From assembly GCF_004010195.1 (NCBI RefSeq), contig NC_057718.1, forward strand, positions 49,377,239-49,441,238: a stretch of DNA of 64,000 nucleotides. The letters run 5' to 3'. Shown one piece after another: positions 9,366 through 21,570 of the stretch; positions within the stretch are counted from its first letter, which is position 1, and each line of letters opens with the position of its first letter. The position numbers were made by a program, and so were the translations under genes. Source of the DNA: Chiloscyllium plagiosum. Its lineage: Eukaryota. A model generated the notes under the pieces. That model was not told the origin of the DNA. It was given only the letters and a program-made list of their open reading frames with translations, and did no database searches.

Positions 9366-11455
9366 ATGGCTGAAATCAAGTGCAAGTGTCAAGAAATGAT
9401 TTTTTACCAATGTTTTGTGAAGTCGAAATTGATGATCGTGGGCAAAATGAACTTTATGTGTGGACACACCCTATTTCGCTTCCAGGAAATAATGCGATGT
9501 AGGGGCTTGACATTATCACTTCCTGCTTGCGGGAAGATCAACTGTAAGGTATTCTAGAGATAGAGGTTCAACAATTGGATATTGAGAAAAGTTTGATAAT
9601 TCCATTACAATGGATGAATACATTTCTAACAAAGATGACTAAGTGCGTGTTACACTTGATTGGACATTGATAAACTTATAAAGCAGAATGGATATTCTAA
9701 AAAAAGAATATGTGATGAATTTTAACAGATTATGTGCAAGCTTGTAAAAATTCTACTTGGAGATTCCTAATTCAGTGCTTGCCTTTATTGGTCTGAATAG
9801 TGATAAATTGTTAAACATGAATAGACTTCTGCTATTAACTGGAATTAGATTTTCAGCAAAAAAAAGTGTGCATTTGGAACAGATATGAGAAGACTAGAAA
9901 AGGTTCCTGCCCAAAAAAAATCTAATGAACTTCATATTCAAATGGTACACTCAGCAATATTATAAAGAATGGAGGATGCAGTAGAAGCGGCAATGCAAGA
10001 CCACCCAGATTTAAACAAACAGTATCAATATATAAAGTGAATCTTAATAAAAAGAAATAAGGATAGAGAAACTCTGACAATTACAACACATGACAGGAGT
10101 TCAGGAACTGGAATAGCAGAATGAACACCAAGAATGCCCAGGGTATGGTCAATGGATATGTTAGATATGCCTCAAATATGAAAATGGGGGAATGAATTAT
10201 CCTAAAAGAAATAACAACATTTTCAAAATTACATACAATGAAGAATATTGAATTCCCATGCGGTGGGAACTATGATGCTTCAGCCGAAAAGCAACTGCTT
10301 TGATCACAGACTCATTTAATTGCACTGTGCTGGACAATGGATGTATATCCAGTGGGTGGAATGAATTGACTGAAATGTTACTTAGGTTCTTTAAGAAATA
10401 AGGACTGAAATAATGTTAAGGATTTCATGAGTTGTACCTGCTTGAGGTTCTGAAATGAATAACAAGAGTAGTGATTCCTTGTAACATTGTTGAGCTTATC
10501 AGCCCAAACTCAGTGTGCACTGAAATATCTTTACTGTTGAGCGGTTGTAAATGAAAAGTCTTCAAATGAAACTGGATCTGAAAAATGACAAGGCAATTTT
10601 TTTGAGAAGTCTGTGTATTTTAAGTTTCAATAATCTGGACATTATTGTATTCATTTGATAAGACCTAACTTCTCAAATCAAAATATTAGCAGTGTGTTAT
10701 TTGCATCAGAATATAGATGTTTAAATAAAATAAAAAGGCTGAATATCTTAGATCCATATAGGCAGTAAGCGATCCATCTTCTCACTGGTTAAAAATCCCA
10801 CTAAAGGATGCAGGAGTTAAGGCTGACGAATACACAAAATTTATGGAAGCGATCAGTGATAAATGAAAGCTATGTAAAAAATAGAGGAGGACATCATTAT
10901 GGTCCATAGTGAGTCCCCAATTAGCAGGATACTTTAACAAAATTGTAGCAATGCTCTTGAACATACGGGATCAGAAAAAAAACCAAAATTAATCTTGTAA
11001 TTCATTGACATGACATCTAGATTCAGTTAGTCTACAATTGCATGCAGTAAGGACAAAAAAGTAATAGTGGAAAAGGTAATCAGAAAATGGAAAGGACCAG
11101 ACTGGAGACATCAATTAAATTCTTGGCTGACAATAGGTAGGAATTTATCAGTGGTGAACTCAGGGACTTATGTGAAAATATAAACATTGTAGTAACAAAC
11201 ACATTTGTGCAGAGTCCTCTTTGCATTGGAGTGCGTGAATGAAATCACACAGTAAGACACAAGATGCATCATAAAAGTCTAGTGGATCAATCAAGTTGTA
11301 AATTAACATTTGCCTTGGCATGGGAAGAGCTCACTATCGATTGGCTGATACAATCTATGTCATTTGGTTTTTGGAAGAAATCCAAAAAAACAATTCCTTT
11401 AGTAATGACGAATCATCCCCCAACTTGGGAAGGGACTACAATTAACTATGCCAGC
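9366..11455 (+). mobile_element. Decayed Ty1/Copia (GalEa-like) gag-protease-integrase
   Basis: gag: LTLSLPACGKINCKVF, EYVMNFNRL...IPNSVLAF...RLLLLTGIRFS. PR: FNCTVLDNGC...KCYLGSL, EISLLLS...MKLDLKNDKAIF...SGHYCI. INT: LKDAGV...FNKIVAM...FIDMTSRFS...KFLADNR*EF...LCENINI...QSP...ALAW...LVFGRNP...PPTWEGTT. Integrase directly follows protease (Copia order). Confidence 0.85.
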
Positions 11456-11479
11456 AGTCTTTACCATCTGTAAGATGTG

Positions 11480-11835
11480 CTGCAGTAACTCACCAAATCT
11501 TACCTGACAGCTCCTTCCAAACTTGTCACATCTATTATCGAGAAGGACAAAAGCAACAGATGTGGGAGAAAACCATAAGCTCCCTAGAAGCCACACCATC
11601 TACAAGTTACACTCTGAGCCACATGCCAACCTGTCTTGCAACTGTATCACCACTCCTTCACTGGTGATGGAACAAACTCTCATTCTAACAACACTGTGGT
11701 TAACACTATCACCCTTCCATGGACTGCAACAGCCCAAGAAGGTAGTTTACCATAAACTTTTCATAATCAAATTAGTGATGGTTAATAAATGTTGGCCTAA
11801 TCAGCAATGCCCACATCCCATGAATGAATAAAAAA
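11480..11835 (+). mobile_element. 3' end of an old non-LTR retrotransposon (clade not assigned)
   Basis: Ends ...attagtgatggttaataaatgttggcc...cccacatcccatgaatgaataaaaaa, the same tail as SINEs at 31425-31790 and 57912-58212. Confidence 0.7.
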
Positions 11836-13624
11836 CATTTCAAGAAATCAGATTAAACTAATCTCCTTCACCCAATTTCTTCATTGCTCACAGAATGATG
11901 TGTCAGGAATGATATGATACATTTCAGGGACAGAGTAATGTATAACTGGAGGGGGATTTTCAGACATTTTCAAAGTCAAAGAGAGAATAGTTTCAGTGGT
12001 TCAGAGTACACATTTCTTCCTGAAATAGTAATTAGTCAGTGCTATTTATAGTTTATTTGTTACAGTTAAATACTAAAAACATGAACTTTAGGTGATCTAG
12101 TCAGTTACTGGAAAATTAAGTATCTTTTTATAGGTTATTGGTCTGTATGAAGACCATATTAGAGGTTCAATGCATTTTTGCTGAATGTCTTGCTGCTTTA
12201 TTCTTGGAAGCATCTAATGGTAATGTTTGGCTATGACAACGATAGTTAATTTCTGTTTTGTCACTGATCACCCTTTCTCCTTTTTGATTTTGCTGATCAG
12301 TTTTTTCTTTAACAGGTTGATTTTGTCTGATATTATTTTATTAACTTATAAAGAGTTTTCTAAGATCTATCTTTACTAATCCTTGGGATAATGTAATCTT
12401 AGCACTATGTTGTTAAAAGAATTCCCTATATTATCCAAAGAAATTTTCTTGAATGCTAATCTCATTCAATATGGCCTGGCCATTCCCTGGACTCTACTCA
12501 GACAGAGCTCCTGACCATGAACATCCAAGTGAACAGCTGACTGTGGCTAAGCTCCTGGAGAGTGTTCGCTGCGCAGGAAGGTAGCACATGTTGTGGGTGT
12601 TGGGTTGATGTTTCAATATGCCATTCATTACAATGTCCCCATACTATGACAGATCCCTACTGAAAGGCAGGACATGCAATCTGCCTTTGTCTACACTGAA
12701 GAGTAAGTCAGTAGGGCAGTAATGATGGTGCATTAGTGCTTCAGCCAGAGCCAAAGGACAACAGGGATGCCATGTCAAGGGAGTGCTGGCAAGGCAGGGA
12801 TGCTGTGAGCATCCATGTAGGCACTAAGTGAGCACAAACTAAGTGATCAACTGAACAATTCTGAGAGGCAGATTGGTCCAACCCATGAGCTAGTGTGCAT
12901 ATCCTTATGCATACAGGCTGCAGCCTTTTGATGCTAGTTGCTAGTTCTCCCTGCAATACAGGCCTATTCTTCCTAAGTGGTCTGCCCCTGTATCATAGAG
13001 GTAGCAAGATGGCCATGAGAGATTTGGCACTTGTTGAATGCTGATGCCTGTAGACAAGGGTTAGATGAGGCTGGAGCCTGTGAATCAGGCTCAGAGATGA
13101 TGTGGTTATACGCAACGCAGAGAAAGTGATGACCTGATTCCACTAGCTCCCTGTTCTGATTTCCACGTCAAATTTCCTTAGCATCTAACTTGCTTAGCAT
13201 ATTTGGTATGATAGACATTTGAATGTTAATGAGGTGAGTCAGACTATTAACAAGGTGCTTAACAAACAATAATCCCCTTATTTGGCAATTGCTGCTGCTG
13301 AGCTAGAAACCTGCCATGCCACTTGGCAAAAGGATAAACAATGGAGCAAGCTGCTCCTGATGTCGAGTTAGGCACCATCTGATTTCTTGTCTGATTCTGC
13401 TTCAAATATCACCAAAGCCAACATCACAAAGACCCCTAGAAGATTTAGTCCTTTGTTTTTCACTAGACAAAATTGGATGAACAAAATATATTATTCAGTT
13501 TTCTCTCAAGTGTTGCCTTATAGTGGATATATATAAAGCCCTCAGATAAAAGAAATGATTCATTTCTATTACGACAGGGAACATTTTCTGACTACTACTG
13601 GAGCATAAACTGTTACAGAATAAA

Positions 13625-13937
13625 AAAATCCCATAGTGTGGAAACAGGCTCTTTGGCCCAACAAGTCCACATTGACCCGCTGAAGAGTAACCCACCCAGA
13701 CTCATTCCCCTACTATCCTATGTTTACACCTGACTAATACACCTAACCTATACATCCCTGAACACTATGGGTGATTTAGCATGGCCAATTCACCTAACCT
13801 GCACATCTTTAGATTGTGGGAGGAAACCCATGCAGACATGGGGAGAATGTGTAAATTCACAAAGACAGTTGCGTGAGGCTGGAATCAAACTTGCGTCCAA
13901 AGATGTGCAGTGCTAACCACCATGTCACTGTGCCACC
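13625..13937 (-). mobile_element. HE1-type tRNA-derived SINE
   Basis: Reverse strand has a tRNA-like head (ggtggcacagtg...ggttagcactgc) and a CR1-like tail; similar to 61350-61672. Confidence 0.88.
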
Positions 13938-13949
13938 TTATAAAAGAGT

Positions 13950-14070
13950 GAACACAGTGAATGCTGGAAATCTAGAGGAAACTCAGAAAGTGCTGAAAAT
14001 TCTCGGCAGGTTTGGCAGCATCGATGGAGAAGGAAACAGAGCTAATACTTCTAGTATAAGCTGACTTCCC
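13950..14070 (-). mobile_element. Old Penelope-derived fragment
   Basis: tgctggaaatct...ctcggcaggtttggcagcatcgatggaga...aacagagcta, similar to 36467-36535. Confidence 0.6.
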
Positions 14071-15496
14071 AGAATATATATGAAATTTATGACAATAAGC
14101 TTCCAAAAATAACAAGGAATATGATCCATTTTGATTTACTTAAGTTGAATTTGGAGGCAGCTCTACAAGCTGTAATGTCAATGTTAATGAAAGAACAGGA
14201 GAGTACCTAGGTAAATGTAATGACAAAAAGTTTAGGAGAGTTGTGAAAATTGTGTTGCAATAAATGGAGCATAAAGACAGAAGATGACACATTTTAAACC
14301 ATTTTACTACAAGCATAATATTATGATGATGGAACCAAAGATATACTTTGGGAAATTTCAAGCTTAGCTGGGACTTGATATTTAGGATTTTAACATTTGA
14401 AACATCAATGAATAAGTAAACATATTAATCTTTCATTAGCATTTATTAAAATTTTGATGAATTTGTAAGGAGATTAGGTAACAAGTAGCCTCTTTATTGA
14501 AGAAACAGGTTAATTTATACATGCTTTAAGTAACACAGATATGGGGAGATTGTGGAAATTATTGTTTCTAACTATCTTCCTCAGAACCGCAAGCACTTCA
14601 GACACACTTAGTGAGTTGTGGGCGAAGTCTAATAAGAACAAGATAAATTATCTATGTGTTTAGTCCATTCTAAGGTATTCCAGATATATGATCTGAAAGC
14701 TGCTGAATTATAATGGGAATTCAAGTCAACCCAGTGTGATTAGAATCTTCATTGCTTTCTTGGAAAACAGTCATCATCACATTAATGAAATGAATGAGAA
14801 ACCATCAATAAGGAGTATGCAGAGCCAAACATTTGCTGCATTTTCTGTGCTTGAGAAAATGAGTGATATTTACATAGCAGCTGGCCAGCCTGTGCAGTTT
14901 GAAAGGAAATTCCAGCCAAACCTTCAAGGTACTTAATAAGGAGTAACACATCAAATGAAATTAATTTTTTGATACACACATCATGTCTTTTATCAATTGT
15001 ACCGCAGGCTGCGTCATAATGCTTGCAGCAGACTGGCTGTATAGTAACTGAATCACTTCTATTCAATCTCATAAAAGCATTTTCATATGACATGACATCA
15101 CCTGAGGCTTAATGAAGATATACTGTGCTGGGTTCAGAGTCTGAAAGCATAATGTAATTATGCTGCTTTTTCAGGTTTATTTTACAGACAGCAGTAATGC
15201 AAATCCAAAACTTCTGATGCTTCTCCTGTGTTAACTGCACAAAGGTAATGTAATGTGTTATTTTTTTTGTATGCAGGTTTGTCGTTAGTATTGGTAGATA
15301 CTATGTTGGGAATCAATTGAAAGGAAACAATTAACACGCAATGATAGGATAGTCTATAGAGATAGCTTGGTATTTTAATGATAGTTTCCTTCTTTGTTTG
15401 ATATCAGATATATTCTCTGTATAGCTGGAAAGTGATGCTATTGAAAATATAACTGATATTTAAAGATGAGCTCATAGTAACCAATCAGAATGATTC

Positions 15497-15732
15497 TGTA
15501 GTGATTGTAATGAGGTCAGCCAGGTGGATCCCGCAGAATATGAGTTCCCTGATTGGGGAAGTGAATCTGTTCAAATCAAGGGGTCCCGGCTAACAGATAT
15601 AAGCAAAATCATCAGGAGTTCTGCTCACTCTAGGAGCTGGCTCTATGCTGGCTGGGTCAGTGTTATGTACTATACACGTGTGAATAAAGGGTGACTTGGT
15701 GACGGGATACTGGCCTTCGTGGAGCTATTTCA
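15497..15732 (+). mobile_element. Solo LTR, 236 bp, 5-bp TSD gattc
   Basis: TG...CA termini; gattc at 15492-15496 and 15733-15737; TATA-like gatataag (~15596) and aataaa (~15683). Confidence 0.85.
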
Positions 15733-16059
15733 GATTCTGTCCAATTTTATTTTACTTCACTTCTCTATAAGGACATACCATGCAGTCACACAGCACAAAG
15801 ACCAATTTAGAGATCTGATATTCCTCTAATAAAGCAGTAAATTTTAGTTTGTTTTAAGAATATGGGAGATAAATACAGTTCACAACAATGCATAAACAAT
15901 GTTAAGATATTCCTGTGCATAAGAGTACTTTGATAATTTATAATCTGTGAAATTAAAGTGATTTCACTTGAGCATGTTAGATTTTATATTTTCATAACGA
16001 GAAAATTTCCCAACTATTCCACCACTAAAAGCCATCCTAATGTTAATTAAGGAAATTTT

Positions 16060-16910
16060 TAAAGGCGATTTAAAAAATGGTTAAAAATAAAATGACATTT
16101 GGAAAAGTATTGACTAATAGCTGGAAGTCTGCACAGATCATTTCAGAGGAAAATTATGTTTGATTAACATGGTTGAGTTCATGAACAAATTAATGGATAA
16201 GATGATTAGAGTTGCTAGTACAATTGATACCATGTGTATAGAGTCTGAAAAAAAAAAGCCAAATAAAGGCAAAATTAAAATGATTTCAGCACCACACATA
16301 CAAAATTGGCTAAGGGACAGAAAGCAATTTAATATAGAGAAGTATGAATTGATCCAATTTGGTGAAAATGATGAGGAATGGGAATACGTACTAAATGGTA
16401 CAATTTAAAGGGGATGCAGGAACATAGAGACTGAGAGATATGTTATCTACACAAATATTTGAAGGTGGCTGAATAAGTTGAGAAGCTTATTTTAAAAGCA
16501 GACAGGATTTTGGTTTTACTAGAAGGGGAATAAAGTACAGAAGCAAGGAAGCTTTGCTAAATATTTTTTTTAAAATTTAGTTAGCCACCAGTTGACATAT
16601 CTTGTTCACTGTAACAATTAGAAGGATGTTAAGATCTTGGAGGTGGTGAAAGAGAAAATTACCAGAAAGGCAGCAGTGCTAACCACTGTGCCACCGTGCC
16701 GCCCACTAAATTTTTAAATTTAGTTAGCCACCAGTTGGCATATCTTGTTCACTGTAACAATTAGAAGGATGTTAAGATCTTGGAGGTGGTGAAAGAGAAA
16801 ATTACCAGAATTTCAACTGCAATAATTTAGAGAAAGTAGAGAAATTGCTGAGATCAGACAAAAATAAAAGGTTTGATTAGAGATTTGATGGACGCATTCA
16901 AAATGTCAAA
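16060..16910 (+). mobile_element. Decayed CR1 RT/C-terminal region
   Basis: IQNWLRDRKQ, FNIEKYELIQFG...YVLNGTI, EHRDL-like motifs. Confidence 0.75.
16573..16810. repeat. 95-bp direct duplication (16573-16667, 16716-16810) flanking a 37-bp HE1 SINE head (minus strand, 16668-16704)
   Basis: Copies differ at one base (gttgacat/gttggcat); spacer aggcagcagtgctaaccactgtgccaccgtgccgccc. Confidence 0.92.
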
Positions 16911-17161
16911 ACAAGGGTTCCTCTGCATGCACGAAATACAGAGAATAAATAGTAAGATTGGAAAGTTACAGACATAAATTGCCAGCTGGGTTTATCATTT
17001 TGAGGCAATAATGGAACCTGGAATAAAAGTTCATGGTTACAAGGTGTTCAGATTACTTAAGGAATTGCACCTAAGTCACCAAACTCCTCCTGTTGCTAAA
17101 GATTTTGCATCACCTCAGCACATCCCAGTCAGAAAAACAAGGAAAGTCCTGAGCAAGTTAG

Positions 17162-17385
17162 AATCCCTACATTGTGGAAACAGGCCATTAGGCCCATTTA
17201 ATCCACACCAACCTTCTGAAGAGCATCCCACTCAGACCCACTGCCCCACCCTCTCCCTGCATTTCTCATGGCTAATCCACCTAACCTGCACATTTTCAGA
17301 CAGTGGGAGGAAACCTATGCAGACACAGGGAGAGTGTGCAAATTCCACAAAAACAGTTTCCCAATGTTGGAATCAAACCACTGAC
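17162..17385 (-). mobile_element. HE1-type SINE lacking head
   Basis: Similar to 61365-61615. Confidence 0.82.
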
Positions 17386-17389
17386 CTAC

Positions 17390-17535
17390 CATGTGGATTG
17401 GCCATGCCAAATTGCCCTGTAATGTACAGGGATGTTCAGGTTAGGTGGCTTAGCCATAATTAATATGGGCTACAGGGATAGCAGGGTGCAGGTGGTATGG
17501 TCCTGAGAGGGTCAGTGCAGACTCAATGGACTCAA
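17390..17535 (+). mobile_element. HE1-type SINE 3' half, opposite orientation to adjacent copy
   Basis: gtggattggccatgccaaattgccc...caggttaggtgg...gagagggtcagtgcagactcaatgg. Confidence 0.78.
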
Positions 17536-20307
17536 AAAAGAGAGAAAGGGGTATATTTTTGTTAAGGAGAGCACAGCACTATTGAAGACAAAGGATGTTT
17601 CAAAGGTTCATAGATAGAAACAATGTGACTTGAACTAAGGAATAAGAAGGATCAATTACATTGCTTGGTATAATCTATGGACACCTAACTAATGAAAAGA
17701 ATGTAAAGGAACAAATCTACAAGGAAGTTATGTACAGATGCAAAAATCAGAGCAATTACTCTTTAGAAACTGGGATTGTGGTCTTGTAGTGGACATCAAG
17801 GGGCAAGCACTCCTACTGTGTGTTCAGGAGATTTTGTGGCATCTGAATTCACAGATCAAATGCATGGGTGAGATAACCAAAAAGCCCAACATTCAAACAG
17901 GGCACCACATATTGTAGGTGAAAGATTACTTAAGGAATTGCACCTAAGTCACCCAAATTCTCCTGTTACTAAGGATTTTGTATCACCTCAGCACATTCCA
18001 ATCAGAAAACCTAGAAAATCTTGAGCAAGTTAGCAACAGCAGGATCAGCACATTCAATGGCCAGAGTTACAGTGTCTGTTACTTGTAGGAAAATCTGCTC
18101 CATTGAGTGGTTTAGTGATTATAAAATTGAGATTCTTTTCTCAGCATCACAATACATGCCTTGATAATCTGGAAAACAAACTTGTGCTGAAAGATAATCC
18201 TTATTCTATTTTATTGCTGCCAGCAATCTACGAGTTTCAAATAATCTAATTCTCTTTGGGAATTACTAGTTATGGGCTTTTAAAAAAAAAACTATTTACA
18301 CTCTCCTTAATGCAATACATGAATTAATGCCCCACTTGAAATCACTGGAATTTATATTAACATTAACTATTATTGTCAGTCCAGTCTTGACTCACACATC
18401 AAGTTACATATAACACTGATATTTATGAATTTTCAAATTGTAATGGAAGTGCCTCGCTTCAAAACCAACGCAGAAAATTCCTTTTCATCTCTAATAGAGA
18501 AATCACACTTTTTAGATACAGCACCTAAATTAATATTATAGATTTGCACTACTAACTGCCAGATGCAAATCAGGATTTCAGGAACTCCCTATCCCTTATG
18601 TACAAGTTTTTGGCTTATCAACTTGGTCAAGTAGAAGGCTAGATATTAAAAAATCTGATCTGTTTACTATTCATTTTGGATCAGGGTCCATGGTGGGTTT
18701 TGTAGCTTCTCAAAAGTATTCTGCACACGTTTATCCTGACATTATTCAGAATGTGGAAGATGTCAGAACAGTTGTAATATTAATGTAGAAAAGTAGGCAC
18801 AAGAGTCAATCTCACCTGCTGAGACTTTGTGCTCCTAATATTGTGCGCAGCATTAACTCTCCAACAGAATTCTTGCTGAGCAAGGGAAAACAAAACAAAC
18901 GGCTGTGTTGGAGCAAATTATTCTTTTGTAAATTTGCTGAAATGGTAAATATAAATTAACTTTAAGAATGGACATTGATTCACTGTTGTGAAATATTTTC
19001 TTTCGTCTGGATGGATAATGGAAATAAAAGAAACAGAAGAAAAACTTGTATGTTATGTGATTAGCATTAGCTTTATCAAGGATTTAGTTGTAACAGGCAA
19101 CAGGATGGTTAATTATTTATCACTTCAGCTGGTTAATTAGTTACTAACAAGCAAAAGTATCATGCAGATAGCAATGATAAAATATTTCATTTTCTTTCAA
19201 TAAGGTTGTGATTAGGCTCCTGACTAATATTACTCAGTAATAAGCAATGTGAGAACAACAATTTGAACAGTGCCTCTGTCATACTTGGCTGACACATTAG
19301 TGCGAACTAATGAGTAATTAAGTGATGTCACCCTTATTTTTAAGGGAGCAAAGTGGTGCCATGCAAAAGTGATGATAATGCCAGGCGACTAGGCAATTTT
19401 GAAAGGAAGGCTTTTTTTAAAAATAGCTGGGAGTGCTACTGATTGATTCGAAACATGAAGTGATGCTGGTGACAGTCACTGCTTCTGAGTCAGTGGATGA
19501 CATAAACCCACTATTTCATTGACAGGTTCTTCGACACAAGTGGCTTAGGCACGGGATCTGATTGTATTGCTATTAATGCCTTTATTCAGTGTCAAAGGAA
19601 GACAACAGCCAATTTTATTACTTGCAATCTAGTTCAATAGAACAAATGAATGATACAGTGTTGTATTCTGTTTAATATGGACTGGGAACATTAGGTTGAG
19701 ATTTGTGTCCTAATGCTGCCGCCATTTGATAACAATTTCTCACATTGATGGGTCTTAGCAATGCCAGGGAAGGTTTGTGGATGAACCTCTATCGCCAAGA
19801 AAGAGCCAACTGCTGAAGATATGGATCATTGCCAGCAGCTTCCAGGGAATAATTCTCTGCTTCCCTGGGGCATGAGCCACCCACTCAATTTCCTGCACTC
19901 GCCCTTCATCTTATTTCCTTTGTGTGACAGATAGCTCAGAGATATGCAAATACATGAACCCATGTTAGAATTAGGATGTAAATCATTAATGAAGTAGCTT
20001 TTCACCAATTTAACATCACCTAGCCCGAAACCAGGGCTAGAAATTGATAAGATTAAAAAAAGAACTGTGGATGCTGGAAATCGAAAACAAATCAAAAGTG
20101 TTGGAGAAACTCAATATCGATAGAATGAAATTGGTATGTCTCCCATCAATTCAACATGTATAATGAAGTGTTAAATGTATTATGTTGGCAAAGGAGCAGC
20201 CTATATTTAATCTGGCCCAGAAATTACGATCCACGAATATGATAATTAAGGACCGGTCAAATACTTACAGAATTGTCATTCAGAAATCTTCATTGGCTTC
20301 TGTTAAA

Positions 20308-21570
20308 CAGTCAGACAGTCATAGAGGCATACAGCATGGAAACAGACCCTTTGGCCCAACTTGTCCATGTCGAGCAGATTTTCTAAACTGAACTAGGCTC
20401 ATTTGCCTGCATTTGGCCCATATCCCTCTAAACCTTTCCTATCCATGCACCTGTCTAAATGTCTTTTAAATGTTACAATTTATTCAATTCTACAATTTCC
20501 CATGACAGCTCATTCCAAAGCCGCACCAACCGCTGCGTGAAAAAGCTGCTCCTCAGGTCCCTTTTAAATCTTTCCCTCTTACCTTAACCCTATGCTGTCT
20601 AGTTTTGGACTTCCCTATCTTATTGAAAAGATCTTGGCTATCCCCCTCACGATTTTATAAACCTCTGTGAGGTCACCCCTCAGCCTCCGATGCTCCAGAG
20701 AAAAATGTCTCAGCCTATCAAGCCTCTCCTTATAACAAACCCTCCAGTTTGGTTTCATCCTTATAAATGTTTTTTGCACCCTTTCCATTGTAATAACATC
20801 ATTTCTATAGCAGGGCGACCAGAATTGTACGCAGTACTCCAAATGCAGACTTACTGATGCTTTGCATGGCCGTGACATGACATCCCGAATTCTATACTCA
20901 GTGCTCTGACTGATGGAGGGAAGCATGCCAAATGCCTTCTTCACCAGCCTGTCTGCCTGCAATGCCACTTTCAACAACCATATATCTACATCCTTTGGTC
21001 TCTCTGCTCAACAACATTCCCAGGGTCCTACCATGAACTGTGCAAGCTCTGCCCTAGTTTGTCATAACAAAATGCAACACCTCACATTTTTCTGAATTAA
21101 ACTCTACCTGCCATTCCTTGGCCCACTGGCTCGGTTGATCAAGATTATGTTATACTCCATATAATCTTTTTCATTGTCCACTGTACCACCAATTCTGGTG
21201 GCATCCGCATGGTGGCTCAGTGGTTAGCACTGCTGCCTCACAGTGCCAAGGACTTGGGTTTGATTTCAGCCTTGGGCAACTGTCAGTGTAGAGTTTGCAC
21301 AGTCTGCTCGTGTGTTACCTCTGGGTGCTCTGGTTTTACTCCTACTGTCCAGAGATGTGCAGGTTCAGCGATATGTAGATTAGGTGCATTAGTCAGGTGT
21401 AAATATAGGGTAGGGAGAATGGGTCTGAGTGGGTTACTCTCCAGAGAGTCAGTGTGGATGTTTGGGTCGAAGGGCCTGTTCCCCACTGTAGCGATTCTAT
21501 AAAGATTTGAATGTACTAATCATGTCACCTATATTCTCATCCAAATTGTTTATATAAATGACTAACACTG
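20308..21570 (-). mobile_element. CR1 (HER1-like) 3' ~1 kb, interrupted by HE1 SINE at ~21205-21500
   Basis: ORF 20615-20977: LHLEYCVQFWSP...RRLRGDLTEVYKI; CR1 tail at the left end; RT resumes 21514-21570. Confidence 0.92.
21205..21500 (+). mobile_element. HE1-type tRNA-derived SINE
   Basis: A box tggctcagtgg, B-box-like ggtttgattt, CR1-like tail gggcctgttccc...gattcta. Confidence 0.9.

Larger units (their letters stand above)
16915..17830 (+). mobile_element. Decayed CR1 APE fragment, interrupted at 17050-17530
   Basis: HARNT.NK..K.Q..IA, KVHGYKVFR, then after the insert IFLLRRAQH/ELRNKKG-like motifs. Confidence 0.65.

Noticed and set aside
21205..21275. tRNA gene (also 61600-61672 and 16668-16704)
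   Set aside because: These are tRNA-derived SINE heads, continuous with SINE bodies or truncated.
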